Virus record (IMG/VR): IMGVR_UViG_2897358383_000002
Reading direction: 5' to 3' (one strand)
Origin: a virus
Lineage: Duplodnaviria > Heunggongvirae > Uroviricota > Caudoviricetes
Length of the DNA stretch: 64,000 nt
Shown here: positions 54,742-64,000 of the stretch, in pieces
Numbering within the stretch: position 1 is the stretch's first letter
Layout: each line of letters starts with the position of its first letter
Position numbers and translations under genes: made by a program
The notes under the pieces: generated by a model
The model's database searches: none
Told to the model about the DNA's origin: nothing
What the model saw: only the letters and a program-made list of their open reading frames with translations

Positions 54742-57666
54742 ATGAATGACGTTACAGTTGTTACATCGGTTACTTACCCATCACCCGAGTCGTTGGCTCT
54801 GGTGGCTGATGTGCAATACCACGAACCATATCTGTCAGCCGCTCTAAACCGAAAATTCAGGGGAATTGTTGACCCGGGATTTTATGCTGGTTTCTTGCCT
54901 AAGCCTGGCGGTGGGATGAACCTGTTAATCACCTCAGTGGATGGAGATAAAACCGCTGGCGCGGCGTCAGTGGATATTGGTGAATTCTACCAGGTAACTA
55001 TTCAGCATCGTAAGGATATCTCTCTTGCACTTAACGCAGGCAAGAAATATGCAATTGTGCTGAAGGGAAGATACCTTCTTGGAGAAGATACCTATCAGGT
55101 GAATACCGCGTCACATATTCATGCAGCTGAATTTGTTGCCAGAACCTATACCGATTCATATCAGTTAGGTGATGGGGAACTGCTGGTTTGTACGGTGAAT
55201 ATCCCTGCTGGCGTATCTACCATTACTCAAGAGATGATTGATACATCCGAGCGTATCAACCGCACGATCGGCATTGATATTTCAGACTCTGTAACCAGTA
55301 CCAGAAGTGATGTTGCTGCGAGTTCGCTGGCAGTTAAAAAAGCCTACGATCTGGCGAAAAGCAAGTATACGGCGCAGGATGCAAGCACAACGCAAAAGGG
55401 ATTAGTTCAGCTCAGTAGTGCCACTAACAGTACGTCCGAAGTGCTGGCCGCCACACCGAAAGCTGTCAAGGCTGCATATGACCTGGCTAACGGGAAGTAT
55501 ACAGCCCAGGATGCAACCACGACACAAAAAGGGATAGTTCAGCTCAGTAGCGACACCAACAGCACTTCTGAAACATTAGCTGCAACGCCAAAAGCGGTTA
55601 AAGCTGCATACGATCTAGCAGCCGGAAAGGCACCATCCAGTCATACACATCCCTGGAATCAGATCACTGGTGTGCCAACAGCTTCATTGACAGCGAAAGG
55701 CATCACTCAGCTCAGTAGTGCCACTAACAGCACGTCTGAAGTGCTGGCCGCCACACCGAAAGCTGTCAAGGCTGCATATGACCTGGCTAACGGGAAGTAT
55801 ACAGCCCAGGATGCAACCACGACACAAAAAGGGATAGTTCAGCTCAGTAGCGACACCAACAGCACTTCTGAAACATTAGCTGCAACGCCAAAAGCGGTTA
55901 AAGCTGCATACGATCTAGCAGCCGGAAAGGCACCATCCAGTCATACACATCCCTGGAATCAGATCACTGGTGTGCCAACAGCTTCATTGACAGCGAAAGG
56001 CATCACTCAGCTCAGTAGTGCCACTAACAGCACGTCTGAAGTGCTGGCCGCCACACCGAAAGCTGTCAAGGCTGCATATGACCTGGCTAACGGGAAGTAT
56101 ACAGCCCAGGATGCAACCACGACACAAAAAGGGATAGTTCAGCTCAGTAGCGACACCAACAGCACTTCTGAAACATTAGCTGCAACGCCAAAAGCGGTTA
56201 AAGCTGCATACGATCTAGCAGCCGAAAAAGCACCATCCAGTCATACACATCCCTGGAATCAGATTACTGGTGTGCCAACAGCTTCATTGACAGCGAAAGG
56301 CATCACTCAGCTCAGTAGTGCCACTAACAGCACGTCTGAAGTGCTGGCCGCCACACCGAAAGCTGTCAAGGCTGCATATGACCTGGCTAACGGGAAGTAT
56401 ACAGCCCAGGATGCAACCACGACACAAAAAGGGATAGTTCAGCTCAGTAGCGACACCAACAGCACTTCTGAAACATTAGCTGCAACGCCAAAAGCGGTTA
56501 AAGCTGCATACGATCTAGCAGCCGGAAAGGCACCATCCAGTCATACACATCCCTGGAATCAGATCACTGGTGTGCCAACAGCTTCATTGACAGCGAAAGG
56601 CATCACTCAGCTCAGTAGTGCCACTAACAGCACGTCTGAAGTGCTGGCCGCCACACCGAAAGCTGTCAAGGCTGCATATGACCTGGCTAACGGGAAGTAT
56701 ACAGCCCAGGATGCAACCACGACACAAAAAGGGATAGTTCAGCTCAGTAGCGACACCAACAGCACTTCTGAAACATTAGCTGCAACGCCAAAAGCAGTTA
56801 AAGCTGCATACGATCTAGCAGCCGGAAAGGCACCATCCAGTCATACACATCCCTGGAATCAGATCACTGGTGTGCCAACAGCTTCATTGACAGCGAAAGG
56901 CATCACTCAGCTCAGTAGTGCCACTAACAGCACGTCTGAAGTGCTGGCCGCTACACCGAAAGCTGTCAAGGCTGCATATGATTTGGCTAATGGAAAGCAA
57001 GCGGCAGACGCTACGCTCACTGCTCTAGCGGCACTAGCTACCGCAGCAGATAAACTCCCTTATTTCACAGGGGTTGATCGTGCCGCGTTAACTGCACTGA
57101 CAAGTGTTGGACGTGCAATTCTTAGTAAGCCCAGTATTCAGAGCGTTCTTAATTACCTTGGTTTAGGGGAAGGCTCGGCGCTGCCCGTTGGTGTACCTGT
57201 TCCATGGCCCTCAGCCACACCACCAACGGGGTGGCTGAAATGTAACGGAGCAGCATTTTCTTCTGAAAAGTACCCAAATCTGGCAAAGGTTTACCCAACG
57301 TTAAAATTACCTGATTTACGCGGTGAGTTTATCCGTGGTTGGGATGATTCGAGAGGGATTGATACAGGGCGTTCATTGCTAAGTGGTCAGACTGCAACAT
57401 TTATTCGTACAGCTTTGCAGGATTATTACGGTGTCGATCTGACTACTAATGTCAAAGTAGGTATCGCTTATGCTACTGCTGATTCTGTTATAACTGTTGG
57501 AAACCCTGCTAATCCTAAAGCAGGAGATAATAGCGATTATGTTCCAGCATCATCAGATAACTCCATAACAGGCACTCAAAGGACGGCAGAGGATAATTTT
57601 ACCGGGGCATGGATATCAATGCGCCCCCGCAACGTTGCTTTTAATTACATCGTAAGGGCAGCATGA
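54742..57666 (+). CDS. tail fibre protein (constant part fused to currently expressed variable C-terminal cassette 1)
   Basis: 974 aa from ATG at 54742 (RBS AAGGA); five 100-aa tandem repeats; C-terminus ends with conserved RPRN(I/V)AFNYIVRAA shared by all cassettes. Confidence 0.85.
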   Translation: MNDVTVVTSVTYPSPESLALVADVQYHEPYLSAALNRKFRGIVDPGFYAGFLPKPGGGMNLLITSVDGDKTAGAASVDIGEFYQVTIQHRKDISLALNAGKKYAIVLKGRYLLGEDTYQVNTASHIHAAEFVARTYTDSYQLGDGELLVCTVNIPAGVSTITQEMIDTSERINRTIGIDISDSVTSTRSDVAASSLAVKKAYDLAKSKYTAQDASTTQKGLVQLSSATNSTSEVLAATPKAVKAAYDLANGKYTAQDATTTQKGIVQLSSDTNSTSETLAATPKAVKAAYDLAAGKAPSSHTHPWNQITGVPTASLTAKGITQLSSATNSTSEVLAATPKAVKAAYDLANGKYTAQDATTTQKGIVQLSSDTNSTSETLAATPKAVKAAYDLAAGKAPSSHTHPWNQITGVPTASLTAKGITQLSSATNSTSEVLAATPKAVKAAYDLANGKYTAQDATTTQKGIVQLSSDTNSTSETLAATPKAVKAAYDLAAEKAPSSHTHPWNQITGVPTASLTAKGITQLSSATNSTSEVLAATPKAVKAAYDLANGKYTAQDATTTQKGIVQLSSDTNSTSETLAATPKAVKAAYDLAAGKAPSSHTHPWNQITGVPTASLTAKGITQLSSATNSTSEVLAATPKAVKAAYDLANGKYTAQDATTTQKGIVQLSSDTNSTSETLAATPKAVKAAYDLAAGKAPSSHTHPWNQITGVPTASLTAKGITQLSSATNSTSEVLAATPKAVKAAYDLANGKQAADATLTALAALATAADKLPYFTGVDRAALTALTSVGRAILSKPSIQSVLNYLGLGEGSALPVGVPVPWPSATPPTGWLKCNGAAFSSEKYPNLAKVYPTLKLPDLRGEFIRGWDDSRGIDTGRSLLSGQTATFIRTALQDYYGVDLTTNVKVGIAYATADSVITVGNPANPKAGDNSDYVPASSDNSITGTQRTAEDNFTGAWISMRPRNVAFNYIVRAA
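55321..57000 (+). repeat. 300-bp tandem repeats (about 5.5 units, each with two diverged 150-bp sub-repeats) inside the tail-fibre gene
   Basis: Near-identical units starting at 55621, 55921, 56221, 56521, 56821 with a diverged unit before. Confidence 0.9.
57145..57170 (+). other. candidate invertase crossover site A (hix/gix-like), junction of constant tail-fibre part and cassette 1
   Basis: Start of the homology block shared by all cassettes; attaccTTGGTTTaggggaagg resembles hix/gix half-sites. Confidence 0.4.
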
Positions 57667-57683
57667 AAACGTTGGTTTGGGGG
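57658..57683 (+). other. candidate crossover site B
   Basis: gcatGAAAACGTTGGTTTgggggaagg, imperfect dyad resembling hix (TTCTTGAAAACCAAGGTTTTTGATAA as recalled). Confidence 0.4.
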
Positions 57684-58105
57684 AAGGCTCTGCACTGCCT
57701 GTTGGTGTGCCCGTTCCGTGGCCCTTAGAAACACCACCAACGGGCTGGCTAAAATGTAACGGAGCAGCATTTTCTTCTGAAATGTATCCCAAACTGGCAA
57801 AAGCCTACCCCACCAATAAATTACCGGATTTACGCGGTGAATTTATCCGTGGCTGGGATGATGGGCGCGGGATTGATGCGGGACGTACCCTGCTTTCAGG
57901 GCAGGATGGTACAAGTTTTTCTCATTACGGAGGTAATTTCGACATTGGGTCTGGTCATTCAATCAATAACTATGACCAAATTGTTTCTAACCAACCAGGA
58001 TTTTCCCGTTTTTCATTTGCAGGGCCTTCACGAGGTGATGGGGTTAATTATGTAACCATTCGTCCTCGTAACATTGCGTTTAATTATATCGTAAGGGCGG
58101 CATGA
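57677..58105 (+). CDS. silent alternative tail-fibre C-terminal cassette 2
   Basis: Begins with conserved GEGSALPVGVPVPWP...PTGWLKCNGAAFSS and ends ...RPRNIAFNYIVRAA; distinct variable middle. Confidence 0.6.
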   Translation: MGEGSALPVGVPVPWPLETPPTGWLKCNGAAFSSEMYPKLAKAYPTNKLPDLRGEFIRGWDDGRGIDAGRTLLSGQDGTSFSHYGGNFDIGSGHSINNYDQIVSNQPGFSRFSFAGPSRGDGVNYVTIRPRNIAFNYIVRAA

Positions 58106-58123
58106 AAACGTTGGTTTGGGGGA
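58098..58123 (+). other. candidate crossover site C
   Basis: Same catgaaaacgttggtttggggg motif as site B. Confidence 0.4.
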
Positions 58124-58574
58124 AGGCTCTGCACTGCCCGTTGGCGTGCCCGTTCCGTGGCCATCAGCCACACCTCCAACGGGGTGGCTGAAATGCAATG
58201 GCGCAGCATTTTCTTCTGAAAAGTACCCAAATCTGGCAAAGGTTTACCCAACGTTAAAATTACCTGATTTACGCGGTGAGTTTATCCGTGGTTGGGATGA
58301 TGGGCGAGGTGTGGATGCGGGAAGGGTCATCTTAAGCATACAGGGGTGGTTAACAGGAAGTCATTATCATAATATTCGGTCATGGGACGCGTGGGATAAC
58401 ACGGTATTGGTGCCAAATGACAGAGGGGGGGATAGCCTGTTGTCGACAGATAACGCCGTCCAAGAAGGAGCGATTAATGGTAAATTTACCAGTCAATACA
58501 GAACGGAGTTATCTGGGGGGAATGAAACCCGCCCACGTAACATTGCCTTCAATTATATTGTGAGAGCAGCATAA
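58116..58574 (+). CDS. silent alternative tail-fibre C-terminal cassette 3
   Basis: Same conserved ends as cassette 2 with a different variable core. Confidence 0.6.
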   Translation: MGEGSALPVGVPVPWPSATPPTGWLKCNGAAFSSEKYPNLAKVYPTLKLPDLRGEFIRGWDDGRGVDAGRVILSIQGWLTGSHYHNIRSWDAWDNTVLVPNDRGGDSLLSTDNAVQEGAINGKFTSQYRTELSGGNETRPRNIAFNYIVRAA

Positions 58575-59185
58575 TGGATAATGCGATATTAAATAGCGAA
58601 CTTATAGCCATACAGGCAGGAAACATTATCGTTTATAACTATGATGGTGGTAATCGGGAATATATTTCTGCATCAACTGAATATCTTGCTGTTGGCGTTG
58701 GTATTCCGGCACATTCTTGTTTGGATGCTCCAGGCTCACATAAAGCAGGTTATGCGATTCTCCGTTCAGAGGATTTAAGTTCATGGGAGTATGTGCCAGA
58801 TCATCGTGGCGAAACTGTCTATAGCATTGACACAGGGAATCCCGAAGAAATCACGGTGTTGGGTGACTATCCGGAAAATACAACCACTATCGCCCCGCTA
58901 ACACCATACGACAAATGGGATGGAGAGAAATGGGTGGTTGATACTGAGGCTCAACATAGTGCAGCTGTAGAGGCAGCAGAAACAAAACGTCAGTCATTGA
59001 TTGATACTGCGATGGATTCCATTAGTCTGATTCAGTTGAAATTACGGGCTGGACGGAAGTTGACGCAGGCAGAAACCACGCAGCTTAACTCCGTGCTAGA
59101 TTATATAGACGAGCTGAACGCGATGGATTTAACCACGGCACCAGATCTCAACTGGCCTGAAAAACAACTTTCTACAGCCAGTTGA
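58574..59185 (+). CDS. tail fibre assembly chaperone (Tfa/U-like)
   Basis: 203 aa; typical Tfa N-terminal region; located inside the cassette region. Confidence 0.75.
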   Translation: MDNAILNSELIAIQAGNIIVYNYDGGNREYISASTEYLAVGVGIPAHSCLDAPGSHKAGYAILRSEDLSSWEYVPDHRGETVYSIDTGNPEEITVLGDYPENTTTIAPLTPYDKWDGEKWVVDTEAQHSAAVEAAETKRQSLIDTAMDSISLIQLKLRAGRKLTQAETTQLNSVLDYIDELNAMDLTTAPDLNWPEKQLSTAS

Positions 59186-59190
59186 TATAA

Positions 59191-59688
59191 TTAATCCGCC
59201 CTCACAATATAATTAAATGCAATATTACGAGGGCGGGTTTCTAAGCCAGCAGTACCTAAATTAGCTACGGACTGTTTATATGTTTTAAAAGTTCCATAAT
59301 TAGGGGCTGGCAATCCTGCATCGCTTGTGTTCCCCCATCTGATAACTCCCGTATTACCACTAGTAGCCCATGCCTCGTCAAAGTAGAAATTAATTGAGCT
59401 GTCAGTTGCTACGGTTGATTTTGACGGTAATCCGTGAGCATGATCCTCCGTTGCATATCCTTGCTCGCTTAAAATAGAGCGACCTGGATCAATCCCGCGC
59501 CCGTCATCCCAGCCACGAATGAACTCACCACGTAAATCAGGCAATTTATTTGTCGGGTAAGCCTTTGCCAGATTTGGGTACTTTTCAGAAGAAAATGCTG
59601 CACCATTGCATTTCAGCCACCCCGTTGGAGGTGTGGCTGAAGGCCACGGAACAGGGACACCAACAGGTAATGCAGAGCCTTCTCCCAA
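59191..59688 (-). CDS. silent alternative tail-fibre C-terminal cassette 4 (inverted orientation)
   Basis: Intact 165-aa ORF with conserved N- and C-terminal cassette ends on the minus strand. Confidence 0.6.
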   Translation of the reverse strand: MGEGSALPVGVPVPWPSATPPTGWLKCNGAAFSSEKYPNLAKAYPTNKLPDLRGEFIRGWDDGRGIDPGRSILSEQGYATEDHAHGLPSKSTVATDSSINFYFDEAWATSGNTGVIRWGNTSDAGLPAPNYGTFKTYKQSVANLGTAGLETRPRNIAFNYIVRAD

Positions 59689-59706
59689 ACCAACGTTTTT
59701 ATGCCG
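59681..59706 (-). other. candidate crossover site D (inverted)
   Basis: cccaaaccaacgtttttatg, reverse complement of the site B/C motif. Confidence 0.4.
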
Positions 59707-60135
59707 CCCTTACGATGTAATTAAATGCGATATTTCGTGGACGGGTTACTCCCCATATTACCTCCCTCGTGAATGAAGTGTCGGTGATGATCAAATCCTC
59801 TGTATTGTCATCAGATCCATCCTTGGTGTATGTTTTTTTGAAATGTCCCAGCTCCCATTCATCTTTTGTGTCGTAACCATCATGCTACAAAATATGTCGA
59901 TGCTTTCAGCATTCCTGTCTGAATGCCAATAAAGCACGTCCCGCATCCACCCCGCGCCCATCATCCCAGCCGGAATAAATTCTCCCGTAATCCGGTAATT
60001 TATTGGTGGGTAGCTTTGCCAGATTTGGGTACTTTCAGAAGAAAATGCTGCACCATTGCATTTCAGCCACCCCGTTGGAGGTGTGCTGAGGGCCACGGAA
60101 CGGGACGCCAACAGGCATGCAGAGCCTTCCCCCAA
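59707..60135 (-). pseudogene. degenerate alternative tail-fibre cassette 5 (frameshifted)
   Basis: Conserved cassette ends recognisable across three frames; several indels relative to the other cassettes. Confidence 0.45.
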
Positions 60136-60153
60136 ACCAACGTTTTTTATGCT
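60128..60153 (-). other. candidate crossover site E (inverted)
   Basis: cccccaaaccaacgttttttatg. Confidence 0.4.
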
Positions 60154-63056
60154 GCCCTTACGATGTAATTAAAAGCAACGTTGCGGGGGCGCATTGATAT
60201 CCATGCCCCGGTAAAAATTATCCTCTGCCGTCCTTTGAGTGCCTGTTATGGAGTTCTGATGATGGAACATAATCGCTATTATCTCCTGCTTTAGGATTAG
60301 CAGGGTTTCCAACAGTTATAACAGAATCAGCAGTAGCATAAGCGATACCTACTTTGACATTAGTAGTCAGATCGACACCGTAATAATCCTGCAAAGCTGT
60401 ACGAATAAATGTTGCAGTCTGACCACTTAGCAATGAACGCCCTGTATCAATCCCTCTCGAATCATCCCAACCACGGATAAACTCACCGCGTAAATCAGGT
60501 AATTTTAACGTTGGGTAAACCTTTGCCAGATTTGGGTACTTTTCAGAAGAAAATGCTGCGCCGTTGCATTTCAGCCACCCCGTTGGAGGTGTGGCTGAAT
60601 GGGCCTGGAACAGGGTACGCCAAACGGGCCAGTGCAGAGCCTTCCCAAACCAAGGTAATTAAGAACGCTCTGAATACTGGGCTTACTAAGAATTGCACGT
60701 CCAACACTTGTCAGTGCAGTTAACGCACCCCTGTGAAATAAGGGAGTTTATCTGCTGCGGTAGCTAGTGCCGCTAGAGCAGTGAGCGTAGCGTCTGCCGC
60801 TTGCTTTCCATTAGCCAAATCATATGCCAGCCTTGACAGCTTTCGGTGTAGCGGCCAGCACTTCAGACGTGCTGTTAGTGGCACTACTGAGCTGAGTGAT
60901 GCCTTTCGCTGTCAATGAAGCTGTTGGCACACCAGTGATCTGATTCCAGGGATGTGTATGACTGGATGGTGCCTTTCCGGCTGCTAGATCGTATGCAGCT
61001 TTAACTGCTTTTGGCGTTGCAGCTAATGTTTCAGAAGTGCTGTTGGTGTCGCTACTGAGCTGAACTATCCCTTTTTGTGTCGTGGTTGCATCCTGGGCTG
61101 TATACTTCCCGTTAGCCAGGTCATATGCAGCCTTGACAGCTTTCGGTGTGGCGGCCAGCACTTCAGACGTGCTGTTAGTGGCACTACTGAGCTGAGTGAT
61201 GCCTTTCGCTGTCAATGAAGCTGTTGGCACACCAGTGATCTGATTCCAGGGATGTGTATGACTGGATGGTGCCTTTCCGGCTGCTAGATCGTATGCAGCT
61301 TTAACCGCTTTTGGCGTTGCAGCTAATGTTTCAGAAGTGCTGTTGGTGTCGCTACTGAGCTGAACTATCCCTTTTTGTGTCGTGGTTGCATCCTGGGCTG
61401 TATACTTCCCGTTAGCCAGGTCATATGCAGCCTTGACAGCTTTCGGTGTGGCGGCCAGCACTTCAGACGTGCTGTTAGTGGCACTACTGAGCTGAGTGAT
61501 GCCTTTCGCTGTCAATGAAGCTGTTGGCACACCAGTAATCTGATTCCAGGGATGTGTATGACTGGATGGTGCTTTTTCGGCTGCTAGATCGTATGCAGCT
61601 TTAACCGCTTTTGGCGTTGCAGCTAATGTTTCAGAAGTGCTGTTGGTGTCGCTACTGAGCTGAACTATCCCTTTTTGTGTCGTGGTTGCATCCTGGGCTG
61701 TATACTTCCCGTTAGCCAGGTCATATGCAGCCTTGACAGCTTTCGTGTGGCGGCCAGCACTTCAGACGTGCTGTTAGTGGCACTACTGAGCTGAGTGATG
61801 CCTTTCGCTGTCAATGAAGCTGTTGGCACACCAGTGATCTGATTCCAGGGATGTGTATGACTGATGGTGCCTTTCCGGCTGCTAGATCGTATGCAGCTTT
61901 AACCGCTTTTGGCGTTGCAGCTAATGTTTCAGAAGTGCTGTTGGTGTCGCTACTGAGCTGAACTATCCCTTTTTGTGTCGTGGTTGCATCCTGGGCTGTA
62001 TACTTCCCGTTAGCCAGGTCATATGCAGCCTTGACAGCTTTTCGTGTGGCGGCCAGCACTTCAGACGTGCTGTTAGTGGCACTCTGAGCTGAGTGATGCC
62101 TTTCGCTGTCAATGAAGCTGTTGGCACACCAGTGATCTGATTCCAGGGATGTGTATGACTGGATGGTGCCTTTCCGGCTGCTAGATCGTATGCAGCTTTA
62201 ACCGCTTTGGCGTTGCAGCTAATGTTTCAGAAGTGCTGTTGGTGTCGCTACTGAGCTGAACTATCCCTTTTTGTGTCGTGGTTGCATCCTGGGCTGTATA
62301 CTTCCCGTTAGCCAGGTCATATGCAGCCTTGACAGCTTTCGGTGTGGCGGCCAGCACTTCGGACGTACTGTTAGTGGCACTACTGAGCTGAACTAATCCC
62401 TTTTGCGTTGTGCTTGCATCCTGCGCCGTATACTTGCTTTTCGCCAGATCGTAGGCTTTTTTAACTGCCAGCGAACTCGCAGCAACATCACTTCTGGTAC
62501 TGGTTACAGAGTCTGAAATATCAATGCCGATCGTGCGGTTGATACGCTCGGATGTATCAATCATCTCTTGAGTAATGGTAGATACGCCAGCAGGGATATT
62601 CACCGTACAAACCAGCAGTTCCCCATCACCTAACTGATATGAATCGGTATAGGTTCTGGCAACAAATTCAGCTGCATGAATATGTGACGCGGTATTCACC
62701 TGATAGGTATCTTCTCCAAGAAGGTATCTTCCCTTCAGCACAATTGCATATTTCTTGCCTGCGTTAAGTGCAAGAGAGATATCCTTACGATGCTGAATAG
62801 TTACCTGGTAGAATTCACCAATATCCACTGACGCCGCGCCAGCGGTTTTATCTCCATCCACTGAGGTGATTAACAGGTTCATCCCACCGCCAGGCTTAGG
62901 CAAGAAACCAGCATAAAATCCCGGGTCAACAATTCCCCTGAATTTTCGGTTTAGAGCGGCTGACAGATATGGTTCGTGGTATTGCACATCAGCCACCAGA
63001 GCCAACGACTCGGGTGATGGGTAAGTAACCGATGTAACAACTGTAACGTCATTCAT
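60138..63056 (-). pseudogene. inverted near-copy of the tail-fibre gene (constant part + cassette), reading frame broken into at least 4 ORFs by small indels
   Basis: Minus-strand ORFs 60218..60433, 60820..61530, 61811..62059, 62181..63143 match successive parts of the plus-strand tail fibre; single-base indels seen by direct comparison. Confidence 0.6.
60641..60666 (-). other. candidate crossover site F (inverted mirror of site A)
   Basis: cccaaaccaaggtaattaag is the reverse complement of the site A motif. Confidence 0.35.
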
Positions 63057-63067
63057 CAAGCATATCC

Positions 63068-63502
63068 TTATGCTGTAGTCGAGTTTATGGCCATAACTGC
63101 GGTATATGTTTTGCCCACATACAGCGAGTCTTCCTGGACACAAATAATGGCGATTGGCTTATTCTCGTTATCCAGAACAACCAGAGTGTTGAATGGGTAG
63201 TTTTTCCCTTCCTGCAACTGACTTTGATCAAGGTCCATTCGGACAGTAATTATCCCGCCTGAGTAGGTTGGGACGAGGTTGATGGTGCAAAATTGACTGG
63301 TCAGTTCTGCCAGATCGAAAGCCTTTGGCAGTTCTCCAATCTCATAAGTGCCATCTCCTTTCTTAGTAACCAGTGAACTGGTACCGAAAACGGCCTTGCT
63401 GATTAAAAATCGAGAGCCTTTGTTAATGGACGATTCAGCGCGCCGCTGATAGTAATAGTCCAACAACTGACTCTTATAGAGGTTTGTTGAGACGTCAGAC
63501 AT
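63068..63502 (-). CDS. inverted duplicate of the 144-aa tail-fibre-associated gene
   Basis: Encoded protein identical to that of 54296..54730. Confidence 0.55.
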   Translation of the reverse strand: MSDVSTNLYKSQLLDYYYQRRAESSINKGSRFLISKAVFGTSSLVTKKGDGTYEIGELPKAFDLAELTSQFCTINLVPTYSGGIITVRMDLDQSQLQEGKNYPFNTLVVLDNENKPIAIICVQEDSLYVGKTYTAVMAINSTTA

Positions 63503-63576
63503 GATTTTCCCTAATCAATGTTGTGAAGCCTCATTGTAAGATAAGTAACTTGTCACCCCGCCCTGCGGACGGGGTG

Positions 63577-64000
63577 ATTGTCACGCATCGCTATCCAACA
63601 GCAAATCATCTGCGCGGTGCGATCAAACGTAGGTTGCTTTCACAATAGTGCCGCCCGGCGTTGCAGTGATCGGGGCGTTAATCGACGTAACTTCAGTAAG
63701 CGAAGTTGTATCCGAAGTTTCAAACCAGCAGAATGCTTTTTCGGTATCAGAAATCTCATTCAAAGTGATCATGTCGGCCTGTTCATTTACAACAACCGAC
63801 AAATAGAGCGTAAGCCCATCAAACACTATATGCAGTGGCAGTAGAGGCTTTACGAACTGATTAAACTTTCTGAGAATTTCTTCTGTAATTGCGGACTGAT
63901 CTATCGTTCCAGTAATACCCATTGTCCGGGCCAGGTCGTTTATGGGAATACTGATCATTCCTCTGGAAGTCAGAAACATCTCGCCGAATGTGCCGCCGGT
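63577..64000 (-). pseudogene. inverted partial copy of the 279-aa baseplate/tail gene (frameshifted near its 3' end; runs off window)
   Basis: Minus ORF 63623..63979 matches the C-terminal half of the 53378..54217 product until single-base deletions change the frame. Confidence 0.45.

Noticed and set aside
55321-57000. Regular repeat array that could superficially resemble a CRISPR array
   Set aside because: The period is 300 bp, the units are near-identical throughout with no short repeat/unique-spacer alternation, and the array lies inside one long ORF encoding a tail-fibre shaft.
53378-64000. Simple fold-back (hairpin) assembly artefact mirroring the contig end
   Set aside because: Not a pure mirror: cassettes 4 and 5 on the minus strand are distinct sequences, not reverse complements of cassettes 2 and 3, and the junction of the inverted copy is recombinant-like. 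An artefact driven by inversion heterogeneity remains possible and is reported as a finding.

Overview
This window reads as about 64 kb of a P1-like temperate phage-plasmid (P1/P7/p15B family), not chromosome. Support from the sequence: a phd-doc addiction module; an iteron-flanked repA followed by parA-parB-parS; a kilA / repL-like lytic replicon preceded by an antirepressor (ant) and an icd-like ORF; at least seven matches to the P1 C1-repressor operator consensus ATTGCTCTAATAAATTT; a DnaB-family helicase (ban-like); a 754-aa fused C5-cytosine/N6-adenine methyltransferase (dmt-like); three tRNA genes (Ile-CAU, Thr-UGU, Asn-GUU); a lambda-type Ser/Thr phosphatase; baseplate and tail genes including a 1231-aa tape-measure-like protein with a lytic transglycosylase domain; and a tail-fibre gene with internal 300-bp tandem repeats followed by several alternative C-terminal cassettes separated by hix/gix-like crossover sites. 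Apparent cargo relative to the P1 backbone: a complete Type IC restriction-modification operon (hsdM-hsdS-hsdR) whose hsdS carries a three-unit TAEL-coding 12-bp repeat; a stand-alone T5orf172-domain gene with its own terminator between the incA-like iterons and parA; an AT-rich islet encoding three signal-peptide proteins where P1 carries sim; and a minus-strand enzyme cluster (DxD glycosyltransferase-like, phosphatase, two GSGPS Rossmann paralogs, VRR-NUC nuclease). The last roughly 4 kb is an inverted, indel-laden near-copy of the tail-fibre region, which is either a genuine degenerate inverted duplication or an assembly artefact. All protein assignments rest on motifs read by eye and on recalled P1 gene order; no database search was run, and P1 gene names, sizes and consensus sequences are quoted from memory.
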